A stretch of DNA of 64,000 nt. It comes from Terriglobales bacterium. GTDB lineage: Bacteria > Acidobacteriota > Terriglobia > Terriglobales > SCQP01. The notes under the pieces were generated by a model. The model saw only the letters and a list, made by a program, of their open reading frames with translations, was not told where the DNA came from and made no database searches. This document shows, piece after piece, positions 56,355 through 64,000 of this stretch (position 1 is its first letter; every line of letters starts with the position of its first letter). The stretch spans positions 9,548 through 73,547 of the forward strand of contig JBOGKX010000052.1 in assembly GCA_050746125.1 (NCBI GenBank), given 5' to 3'. The translations under genes and the position numbers were made by a program.

Positions 56355-57253
56355 GGGGCAGGGTTGCCGGGGTGGCCAAAGCGAACCCAAGAGCCATTAA
56401 GATTTCCGCGGTGCTGATCGCCGTCTTATTGGCGACGGGAGCGGCCTTGCAGAGGGCGATTGCGCCGCGCACGCCGGAGTTTAGCGGCGCCGGCCCGGCG
56501 GTACCGTCGCGGGCGCTGGCGGAGCATCTCTTCCTGGGCTACAACGGCTTGGCCGCCGATATTTATTGGACAGAGGCGATCCAATACTTCGGCCAGCGGC
56601 GCATAGCGCAAAGCTGGGATTATCCCAAGCTGGCGCCGCTGTTGAATCTCGCCTACGATCTCGACCCGAATCTGATTTCGGCGGCGCAGTATGGGGCGTT
56701 TTTCTTGGCCGACGATCCGCCAGAGGCGGCGGGCCAGCCGCAAGCAGCAGTGGCTTTGCTGAAAAAGGCGATCCACGACCATCGGGACGATTGGCACCTG
56801 TATTTCAACCTGGGATTCGTTCAGGCATTGAACCTGCACGATCACAAGGCGGCGGCGGAGACGTTTTACGCCGGCTCGAAGGCGCCGAACGCCAATCCCG
56901 CGCTGGCCGTGCTCGCGGCCGACTATTTCGCCGACGTCAACGAAAAGGCGCTGGCGCGGGCACTGTGGACGGAGATGTATCACGATGCTCCCAACGCGCA
57001 ACTGCGCGCCAACGCGCTCGATCACCTTCAGGCATTGCGCGCGGAAGCCGACCTGGCGAGCTTGAGCAAGGTAGCCGCTGCCTATCGCCAGCGCGCGGGC
57101 GCTTGGCCGTCGAGTTGGAGCGACCTGGTGCGCGCCGGGCTATTGCGCGACGTGCCGCGCGATCCGCAGGGGCGGGCGTATCGGCTATTGCCGGGCGGGC
57201 GCTTCGAATTAGACCCGGCAACGAAGATCCTGGCCCTGCGGCACGACCACTAA
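56351..57253 (+). CDS. membrane-anchored TPR-like helical-repeat protein
   Basis: The GTG start overlaps the permease stop (GTGA). An N-terminal TM helix (ISAVLIAVLLATGAAL) is followed by helical repeats. Confidence 0.55.
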   Translation: MRGRVAGVAKANPRAIKISAVLIAVLLATGAALQRAIAPRTPEFSGAGPAVPSRALAEHLFLGYNGLAADIYWTEAIQYFGQRRIAQSWDYPKLAPLLNLAYDLDPNLISAAQYGAFFLADDPPEAAGQPQAAVALLKKAIHDHRDDWHLYFNLGFVQALNLHDHKAAAETFYAGSKAPNANPALAVLAADYFADVNEKALARALWTEMYHDAPNAQLRANALDHLQALRAEADLASLSKVAAAYRQRAGAWPSSWSDLVRAGLLRDVPRDPQGRAYRLLPGGRFELDPATKILALRHDH

Positions 57254-57267
57254 AGCCGCTTAGGCAG

Positions 57268-60200
57268 TCATTCGTATCTCAGCGCCACCATCGGATCTAC
57301 GCGTGTCGCGCGCCGCGCGGGGATGTAGCACGCCAAGATTGACACCGCGACCAGTGCCAGCGAAACCAGCACAAAGGTAGCGGGATCTCGAGGGGCGACG
57401 CCGAAGAGAAAGCTAGCGAGGAAACTTGTGAGTGCCCAGGCTGCGGCGACACCTAGGGCCGTGCCGATCAAGGTGAGCCGCAGGCCTTGTCGCACAATCA
57501 GACCCAACACGTCGCGCCTTTCCGCGCCCAGGGCCATGCGAATGCCGATCTCGTGAGTACGATGGGCCACCGAGAATGCCATCACGCCATAAATTCCAAC
57601 CACCGCCAGCGTGAGCGCGATGCCGGCGAAAATTCCCAGCAGAAGCACGTTAAACCGCCGCAGGGCAAGGGACTCCGACAGGGCTTGTTGGAGCGTAGCC
57701 ACATGGTAGACCGGCTGATCGGGGTCGACGTCCCGGACCTGGGCGCGGATGGCGGAGACCATGCTGTCCGGGTCGGCGGCGGTGCGGACGGCGAGCTGCA
57801 TGGATTTGTCCGGCGACTGAAGATAGGGCACGTAGATCTCGGCCTCCGCATCCCGGCTCAGCCCTTCGTGGTGGGTGTTTCCTACTACGCCAACCACGGT
57901 CAGATTGCTTTTAAAGAACGGGATCTGCTTGCCGACGGGATCCTCTGTCGGCCAAAGATGGCGCGCCAAAGCTTCATTCACCACCGCGACCTTCAGCGTC
58001 TGCTCGTCATCCTGGTCCGTAAACGTGCGCCCTTTCAGCAGGGGAATCCCGAGGGTATAAAAATAGGCGGGACTTACCGTGATCCGCGACATCATCACCG
58101 TTGTCGAGCTTGAGAGCGCAACATGTGGCAGAAGACGGCTGAGGGACATCACCAGGAAGGTTTGATAAGGACTGAGCGGCAGAGAATCAGCGAGCGCCGC
58201 CGAGCGTACGCCCGGTAAGGTCTCGACGCGGTTCAGAACCCGCGAGAAGAACTCCGACTTTTGCTGGGGCGTGGGATAACGCGAGTCCGTAAGGCTGAGA
58301 TCCATGGTCAGGACGCGCTCCGGCACGAAGCCTGGGTTGACCTGGAGGAGGCGATAGAAGCTCTTGATGAGCAGGCCGGCACCGATCAACAGCACTAGCG
58401 CGAGGGAGAGCTCAGCCACGGCCAGCGCTCCTCGAAGCCACCCGCGGCGGCGACCGGAGCTCGCCACCTGAGCGCCCTCCTTTAGCTCTTCGGCAAGATC
58501 GCGGTGCGTGATGGTAATTGCTGGCGCAAGGCCGAACAGGATTCCAGTGAAAACCGAGGCCGCCAGCGCAAAAAACAGAACGTTGCCGTCCACCCTCGGC
58601 GCTGCCACCGCCAAAATGCCGCCTCCGGCGCCGGCCGGGATGAGGCGCGCGATGACCTTCACCCCCCAAGCGGCAAACAGTACTCCCGCCATGCCACCGG
58701 CCAGCGCCAACGTCAAACTCTCAACCAGGAGCTGCCGAACCAGCCGCCAGCGTCCGGCGCCAAGCGCGGCCCGCAGTCCAACCTCGCGCGTGCGTGCCGA
58801 TGCTCGGGTGAGCATCAGATTGGCGACATTAGCGCACGCGATGAGCAACACCAGTCCCACCACGCCCAGAAGTGTCAACATTGCGGGACGCAGATTCCCC
58901 GCAAGGTGTTCGGCCAGGGGCATAACGATGAGCTCAGTCGCGGGCCTGATGGGACCGACCCTGAATTGAGCCGATTTTTCAGACTTTGGAGTTGCTTTGG
59001 TTGCCGCCTCCGGCGGTCCTGATTTCGCCACAGCGTTCCGAGCCGCACGTCCCGACGTTGCCATATGGTCCGGCGAGGACCCGCCTCCAGGTGCGAGCGG
59101 CGCCTCACCCGTCCGCGCGGCAACCTCCGGCGGCAATATGAATCGCCCTGGGCTTCTGGGTGGCATTTGCGGCGGGCCTGAAGTGGTGTAGCGGGACTGG
59201 CCACCGCGGCCGATGGGGCGCGGAGTTAGCATCGCAGGGCGTTGAGCGCCGCCGTCCCCGGCCAGCATAGGCCCGCCGGACGACTGCGCGCGTTTCCAGA
59301 TTTCATCCAGGTCGGCTCGGGCGGCGGCGAGCGAGACGCCCGGCTTCAAACGGCCGATGATCCGAACCAGCCTTTGCGACTGGCTGCGAAGCTGCTCCTG
59401 GGCCTGGTTGAGAGCCAACGGCAAAAGGATTTGAGTGTCGGACTCCCCGGGGAAACGGAAGCTCGCCGGCATCACACCCACCACGGTGTAAGGCGCGGCG
59501 TCGAGGTCGACCGTCTGTCCCAGCACGTGAGGGTCGGAGCCAAAATACTGCCGCCAAAAGGGATACATCAGAACCGCTACGTGAGGTCCGTTCGGCCGGT
59601 CCTCATTCTTGGTGAAGGCCCGCCCGAGTTGTGGCTCCACGCCCAGAGTGGCGAAGAAACTGGCGCTTACGGACACACCATGAACCCGCGCCGGCTGGCC
59701 GCGGCCGGTGAGGTTGAAATCGTCGGATTGGCTAGGCGCGCCCTCTCGCAATGCACCCCGGTCGTAGGCGGCGATCCGGTCCAAAGTGTGGCTTTGATCT
59801 TTCCAGTCGACGTAGTCTCCGCCGTTGGCGATTTCGGCCTTGAGCGCGGGAATCGATTCGGCAATCCAAACCAGCCGGTCGCTGTGCGGATAGGGCAGCG
59901 GCCGCAGCACCACGGCGTTCACAACGCTGAAAATCGCGGTGTTGGCGCCAATGCCGAGGGCGAGCGTGATAATCGCGACGGTCGCAAAGCCGGGACTGCG
60001 GCGAAGCTGCCGGAGGCCATAGCGAAGGTCTTGCAGGAGCGTCTCGATCGTGTTCCATAGCCACATCTCCCGGCTACTTTCTTCGGCTAGGGTCACATTG
60101 CCGAATCGTCGCAACGCGGCGTTGTGAGCTTTGTCGGAGGGCATGCCGGATTCCAGGTTCTCGCGCTCTTCCATCTCGAGATGGGAGCGAATCTCAGCTT

Positions 60201-60270
60201 TGAGATCGTCTGCCAGCTTCGACCGATGAAGGAGAGCACGCAGTCTCGAAAGCTCGCGACGCCAGCTCAT
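57268..60270 (-). CDS. ADOP-family duplicated MacB/FtsX-type ABC permease
   Basis: The N-terminus [43 protein letters not shown]...[34 protein letters not shown] is the typical acidobacterial ADOP leader. Two FtsX-type TM modules are present. The ATG overlaps the PadR stop (ATGA). Confidence 0.85.
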   Translation of the reverse strand: MSWRRELSRLRALLHRSKLADDLKAEIRSHLEMEERENLESGMPSDKAHNAALRRFGNVTLAEESSREMWLWNTIETLLQDLRYGLRQLRRSPGFATVAIITLALGIGANTAIFSVVNAVVLRPLPYPHSDRLVWIAESIPALKAEIANGGDYVDWKDQSHTLDRIAAYDRGALREGAPSQSDDFNLTGRGQPARVHGVSVSASFFATLGVEPQLGRAFTKNEDRPNGPHVAVLMYPFWRQYFGSDPHVLGQTVDLDAAPYTVVGVMPASFRFPGESDTQILLPLALNQAQEQLRSQSQRLVRIIGRLKPGVSLAAARADLDEIWKRAQSSGGPMLAGDGGAQRPAMLTPRPIGRGGQSRYTTSGPPQMPPRSPGRFILPPEVAARTGEAPLAPGGGSSPDHMATSGRAARNAVAKSGPPEAATKATPKSEKSAQFRVGPIRPATELIVMPLAEHLAGNLRPAMLTLLGVVGLVLLIACANVANLMLTRASARTREVGLRAALGAGRWRLVRQLLVESLTLALAGGMAGVLFAAWGVKVIARLIPAGAGGGILAVAAPRVDGNVLFFALAASVFTGILFGLAPAITITHRDLAEELKEGAQVASSGRRRGWLRGALAVAELSLALVLLIGAGLLIKSFYRLLQVNPGFVPERVLTMDLSLTDSRYPTPQQKSEFFSRVLNRVETLPGVRSAALADSLPLSPYQTFLVMSLSRLLPHVALSSSTTVMMSRITVSPAYFYTLGIPLLKGRTFTDQDDEQTLKVAVVNEALARHLWPTEDPVGKQIPFFKSNLTVVGVVGNTHHEGLSRDAEAEIYVPYLQSPDKSMQLAVRTAADPDSMVSAIRAQVRDVDPDQPVYHVATLQQALSESLALRRFNVLLLGIFAGIALTLAVVGIYGVMAFSVAHRTHEIGIRMALGAERRDVLGLIVRQGLRLTLIGTALGVAAAWALTSFLASFLFGVAPRDPATFVLVSLALVAVSILACYIPARRATRVDPMVALRYE

Positions 60271-60629
60271 GGCCTTTCCTCGGATTCGGTTGGCCGCAGC
60301 ACCGCAGTGATCGCCCGCACGAAGCGTTCCCAACGGGAGGTCTCGGCGACCAACTGACGTCGTCCCCTTGCCGTCAGGCGGTAATACTTGGCCCGCTGCT
60401 TGTTCTTGGAGACGCCCCACTCAGCGGTGATCCAGCCTTCCTGCTGCAGGCGCTGTAGTGCCGGATAGAGCGACCCGTGTTCCACCTTTAGGGTTTCCTC
60501 CGACATGCGCTCAATGGATTTGGCGATGCCGTGTCCGTGGATTGGACCCCAAAGCAGCGTGCGCAGGATCAGTATGTCCAGCGAGCCGTACACCAGTTCG
60601 ATTCGGTCCGTGGATGATTGCCTAGCCAT
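60267..60629 (-). CDS. PadR-family transcriptional regulator
   Basis: [51 protein letters not shown] is the winged-helix PadR signature. The start was placed at the ATG at 60629. Confidence 0.85.
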   Translation of the reverse strand: MARQSSTDRIELVYGSLDILILRTLLWGPIHGHGIAKSIERMSEETLKVEHGSLYPALQRLQQEGWITAEWGVSKNKQRAKYYRLTARGRRQLVAETSRWERFVRAITAVLRPTESEERP

Positions 60630-60638
60630 GCTAGAAGG

Positions 60639-60668
60639 CAATCTACCTCTGAGGTGGTAGATTGTCAA
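60639..60668 (-). promoter_or_regulatory. PadR promoter with overlapping palindromic operator
   Basis: On the minus strand: TTGACA (60663-60668), a 17-nt spacer, then TAGATT (60640-60645). A perfect inverted repeat, CAATCTACC-N8-GGTAGATTG (60639-60664), spans both elements. Confidence 0.45.
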
Positions 60669-60718
60669 CTAGAATGGCGGCACCCGCGCACAATTAACAT
60701 TGGCCTCCAATTGTCTGC

Positions 60719-62476
60719 TTAGGGCGCCGCGGTCGTCGTCGTTTGGCCGTCGCCGGCCAGCTCGAAGACGGGCATGGGCTGGGAAAAGCCTTTGAATTGA
60801 AGCGGCGGCAAAGCGCGCAGCGGCAGGGCGCCGTCAAGTTCGGCGGCGACCGCTTCGCTCACCAGCACCTGGCCGGCGTTGGCGGCGGCGCACAAGCGCG
60901 CGGCCAAATTGACGGTGGCGCCGATGGCGGTGTAGTCGCGGCGATGTTCGCTGCCGATGCTGCCCACGACCACCTCGCCGACGTGCAAGCCCAGGCCGAC
61001 GCGCGTGCCCGGCTCGTTTCGCAGCTCGGCGCCGAGCTGGCGGCTAATGGCTTGACTGGCGGCCAGGGCGCGCCGGCAGCGCTCCGGGCCGCTGAACCAC
61101 GCCACCATGGCGTCGCCGACAAATTTATCGACGTCGCCGCCGTGTTCGCGCACCAAGCGCGCCTGCATGCCGAGGACGTGGTTCAGGGTGGTGATGACGG
61201 CCGCGGGATCGCGCTTTTCCGAGTAGGCGCTGAACCCGCGAATATCGGTAAAGAGCACGGCCAAGGTCTGGCGAGTGCTGGGCAAATCGGCGCCGGCGGA
61301 TTGCCGGATCTGCTCGAAGGTGCTTTGCGAGAGAAATTTGGACATGGCGAAGCGCTCTTTCAAGCCGCGGGCCATGTCCAGGAAGGAGCGGCCCAGGACG
61401 CCAATTTCATCGCGCGCCTGCATGCGGGGATTAGCGGCCAGCCCCAGCATTTCGGCGGCATCGTAGTCGCCGCGTCCGAGAGCATGGGCGGCGCGCGCCA
61501 GCGAATTCAGCGGCCGGGCGATGGGGTGGGCGAAAAAGGCGCCGACGCCCGCACCCAAAAACAGCGCGCCGATGGCCAGCAGCGCCAGGTACTGCTCCAG
61601 CAAGCGGAATGGGCGCAGCTTGAGGCTGATGGATTCCATAAGCGCGGTGTGGAGATGCTCGGGGTTCTCCAGTTGGTCGGCGGCGTCGCGGATGGGGGCG
61701 TCGAGCAGCGCCCAGCGACCGCCCGGGCCGCTCAGCCGCATGCTCGTAGGCACGGCGGCCCGCCCTTCGATGGCGCGTACCAAGGCTTGCTTGAGCCCAG
61801 GCTCGCTGGCCGCCAAGACATGCACCTGCTTGCCATCCATGTGCCAGAACGCGGCCGCCGAGCCCGTCTGCCGCTCGATGGAGCGGGCGAAAGCATCGTT
61901 GACTTGGAATCCGATGGCCAGGGTGCCGAGCGGGCCGCGAGGACCGGGCACGGGCGCGGCGATGATCTCGTAGAAGGCGTGGTCGGGACCCTCCCAGTTG
62001 GTGATCTCGGCCGTTCCGGCGAGCGCCTGGCGCGTGTCGGCCACGCGCCAGCGCAGCGTGCCGGCGCGGCAGGGCGCCTGGCCGCGGCGGGCAAGCGCGA
62101 GAAGCGCGCCGTCGGGCCGCTGCAAGGCGACGTAATCGAAGGTGTCGGCGTGGCCGGCTTCGACGACGGCGCGGCGAATGAAACCGGCGGCATACGCGCA
62201 GGCGGCGGCGCCATCGCCGGTTTGGAAAAGCACGGCCACGCGCGGCTGCTCGGCATCGGCGAGCGTTTCGGCGGCATGCTCGCGCAGGTGGCTTGCCTCC
62301 ATGGCGGTGAAGGCGGCTTGGCTGTCGGCCAATTCGTGGTCGATGTCTTGCCGCACCTCGCGCTGGGCGCGAATCCAGACCATGATCAGCATCGCCGCCG
62401 TGAGCAGTACCACCGCGGAGGCAATGATCACCGTCAACTTGGCGCGGATGCTTAAGTCCTGAAACCGGGCGCGCAT
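60719..62476 (-). CDS. membrane-bound class III adenylate/guanylate cyclase with periplasmic sensor and HAMP domains
   Basis: A TM helix, a ~270-aa extracytoplasmic region, a second TM helix and a HAMP domain precede the cyclase core (LAVLFTDIRGFSAYSE...KFVGDAMVAWF...GATVNLAARL). Confidence 0.85.
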   Translation of the reverse strand: MRARFQDLSIRAKLTVIIASAVVLLTAAMLIMVWIRAQREVRQDIDHELADSQAAFTAMEASHLREHAAETLADAEQPRVAVLFQTGDGAAACAYAAGFIRRAVVEAGHADTFDYVALQRPDGALLALARRGQAPCRAGTLRWRVADTRQALAGTAEITNWEGPDHAFYEIIAAPVPGPRGPLGTLAIGFQVNDAFARSIERQTGSAAAFWHMDGKQVHVLAASEPGLKQALVRAIEGRAAVPTSMRLSGPGGRWALLDAPIRDAADQLENPEHLHTALMESISLKLRPFRLLEQYLALLAIGALFLGAGVGAFFAHPIARPLNSLARAAHALGRGDYDAAEMLGLAANPRMQARDEIGVLGRSFLDMARGLKERFAMSKFLSQSTFEQIRQSAGADLPSTRQTLAVLFTDIRGFSAYSEKRDPAAVITTLNHVLGMQARLVREHGGDVDKFVGDAMVAWFSGPERCRRALAASQAISRQLGAELRNEPGTRVGLGLHVGEVVVGSIGSEHRRDYTAIGATVNLAARLCAAANAGQVLVSEAVAAELDGALPLRALPPLQFKGFSQPMPVFELAGDGQTTTTAAP

Positions 62477-62477
62477 G

Positions 62478-62729
62478 TTAGCGCGGCACGCGCTCGGTGG
62501 CGGAGCGAACGGCGGTGGCGTCGGAGCGGGAAGCGCGGGCGGCGCGGACATGGGCGCGCCAGGCCAGGGCCAACATGAAAATCCCGAAGGCGAGCAGGAC
62601 GAGGCCCCAGATCAAGTCAATGTTGAGGCCGGTGCGAAGGTAGACGGCGGAGCGATGCAGCCATCCGAAGCCAGTGAGCAGCACGCCGATCGCGGTAAAC
62701 ATCAATCCGATGGGGGTGCGTAGATCCAT
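62478..62729 (-). CDS. small membrane protein (83 aa, two TM helices)
   Basis: PIGLMFTAIGVLLTGFGWL and LIWGLVLLAFGIFMLALAW are the two helices. Its stop is 1 nt before the cyclase ATG. Confidence 0.5.
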   Translation of the reverse strand: MDLRTPIGLMFTAIGVLLTGFGWLHRSAVYLRTGLNIDLIWGLVLLAFGIFMLALAWRAHVRAARASRSDATAVRSATERVPR

Positions 62730-62764
62730 GAGGCAAGCTCAACAAAATTGTAGCCGGGCGGGGG

Positions 62765-64000
62765 CTAGCGGAACCACCAATTCAGCACCAGCAGGATGAC
62801 AATAACGCCGACGCCGAGATAGGCGGGGCGGCGAAACCAGGCGAGTTCCTCGTCGCGCTGGCGCGGCGTAAGCGAGCGCACCAGACCCACCAGTTCCTCC
62901 TCCGGACGTGGCGCGGTGGCCACGCTTACCGCGACCGTAACGAGGCAGCAAACGGCGAAGGCCCAAATCGCTCCCCAGAAATTTTGCGCCATGCTGCTGG
63001 AGTAGGTGTGCAGGTTGGCGATCCAGGCGCCCTTGCCTTCGGCGAAGGTCAGCGAATAGTGGCCGGCGGCGGCCAACATGCCGCTCAGCAAGCCCCAAAA
63101 AGCACCGTGGCCGGTCGAGCGCTTCCAGAACATGCCGAGAAGAAAGGTGGCGAACAGCGGCGCATTGACAAAGCCGAAGACCAACTGCATGTAGTCCATC
63201 AGATTGTCGAAGTGCGTGACCAGATAGGCGCCGCCCACGGAAAGCACGATGCCGACGATCGTGACCCAGCGGCCCATGGCCAAATAATGGGCGTCGGAAG
63301 CGTCGCGCTTGATGTAGCTCTGGTAGATGTCGTAGGTCCAGACGGAGTTGAAGGCGGTGACGTTGCCGGCCATGCCGGACATGAAGCTGGCCAGCAAAGC
63401 GGTCAAGCCCAGGCCGAGCATGCCGGTGGGGTAATAGCGCTGGATCATCAGCGGCAAGGCTTCGTTGTAGTTGATCAGGCCTTTTTGCAGCGGCCAATGC
63501 GCCGCCGGGATCAGCGCCAGGGCCAAGATGCCGGGCACGATCACGATGAAGGGAAACAGCATCTTCGGCACGGCGGCGATCAGCGGCGTGCGGCGGGCGG
63601 CGGCCATATTTTCGGCGGCCATGGCGCGCTGGACGACGAGGAAGTCGGTGCACCAATACCCGAACGAGAGCACGAAGCCCAAGCCCATCACCAGCCCGAA
63701 CCATTCCACGCCCATGGGATTCGAACTCGGATGGGCCATGTTGCGCCATAGGTGCAGGTAGCCCTTATCGCCAAGCGTGGCGAGGCGGGCTTGCAGGCCC
63801 GGCCAGCCTCCGACTTGGCGCAGCCCCAGCCAGGTCAGCGGGGTGAAACCCAAGACGATGAGAAAGAACTGCAAGACCTCGTTGTAGATGGAGCTGGTCA
63901 AGCCGCCGCTGGCGGTATAGAGCAGCACGACCAGGGCCGAGAGCCAGATGCTGAGCGCGAAGCTCCAGCCCAACAAGTCGCGAAACAGGATCGCCATCGC
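62765..64000 (-). CDS. sodium:solute symporter family (SSF) transporter, N-terminus beyond window
   Basis: The ORF is open to the window edge. It has many TM helices with an SSF-like pattern (LYTASGGLTSSIYNEVLQFF ... GMFWKRSTGHGAFWGLLSG). Confidence 0.85.
   Translation of the reverse strand, partial: AMAILFRDLLGWSFALSIWLSALVVLLYTASGGLTSSIYNEVLQFFLIVLGFTPLTWLGLRQVGGWPGLQARLATLGDKGYLHLWRNMAHPSSNPMGVEWFGLVMGLGFVLSFGYWCTDFLVVQRAMAAENMAAARRTPLIAAVPKMLFPFIVIVPGILALALIPAAHWPLQKGLINYNEALPLMIQRYYPTGMLGLGLTALLASFMSGMAGNVTAFNSVWTYDIYQSYIKRDASDAHYLAMGRWVTIVGIVLSVGGAYLVTHFDNLMDYMQLVFGFVNAPLFATFLLGMFWKRSTGHGAFWGLLSGMLAAAGHYSLTFAEGKGAWIANLHTYSSSMAQNFWGAIWAFAVCCLVTVAVSVATAPRPEEELVGLVRSLTPRQRDEELAWFRRPAYLGVGVIVILLVLNWWFR

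Noticed and set aside
60630-60668. TTG start at 60668 for PadR
   Set aside because: That TTG is the first half of the TTGACA -35 element, and the 13 added residues are not PadR-like. The ATG at 60629 was preferred.
60743-62455. 570-aa plus-strand ORF
   Set aside because: It is antisense to the adenylate cyclase gene, which has clear catalytic motifs. The translation is G/A/R/Q-rich with no motifs.
60719-62729. Pycsar/CBASS-like defence pair (cyclase plus small TM effector)
   Set aside because: The cyclase is a large HAMP-containing membrane sensor, not a compact defence cyclase. The 83-aa protein has no nucleotide-binding domain, and it sits upstream next to a symporter.

Overview
A densely coding, high-GC (by eye about two-thirds G+C) bacterial chromosomal segment. 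I call about 60 protein genes on both strands, one tRNA and one riboswitch. I saw no rRNA, CRISPR array, transposase or integrase. Several gene families point to Acidobacteriota, which is an inference from family patterns and not a search result. They are a PadR regulator overlapping an ADOP/MacB-type duplicated permease, a CarboxypepD_reg/TonB-like outer-membrane protein of more than 1300 aa, a DUF5916 protein, several ECF sigma factors and orphan prepilin-type genes. Left to right, the window holds: a truncated MFS exporter; AsmA-like, secreted and Yip1 proteins; a Moco maturation pair (xdhC plus mocA-like) beside a two-subunit molybdoenzyme followed by a solitary nuoB; an ECF sigma/anti-sigma pair; a peptide-type ABC importer; skp; an MscS channel; PolX; an isolated ACP plus ketosynthase pair; a SAM-I riboswitch in front of a ThrC-like plus MoaD-like pair; pyruvoyl arginine decarboxylase; an HD-GYP response regulator plus a GT2; Rel (RSH); a LOG protein; a LuxR regulator; a frameshifted giant OMP; tRNA-Lys(UUU) next to a small lower-GC stretch; alginate-lyase-like, mobA, S2P protease and nrdR genes; two pilin paralogs flanking vapBC; an ABC-2 exporter; and a co-directional block of symporter, small membrane protein, adenylate cyclase, PadR and ADOP. 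I did not find a convincing new multi-gene system such as a defence island. The best follow-ups are (1) the SAM-riboswitch-controlled ThrC-like/sulfur-carrier operon, (2) a 36-bp perfect direct repeat that duplicates the mscS 3' end and brackets a 1.9-kb orphan-gene segment, (3) the decayed islet at tRNA-Lys, (4) the orphan nuoB fused to the molybdoenzyme operon, and (5) a 56-aa zinc-ribbon ORF that the ORF track missed. All functional calls come from reading the translated ORFs and recalling family motifs. Nothing was searched against a database.
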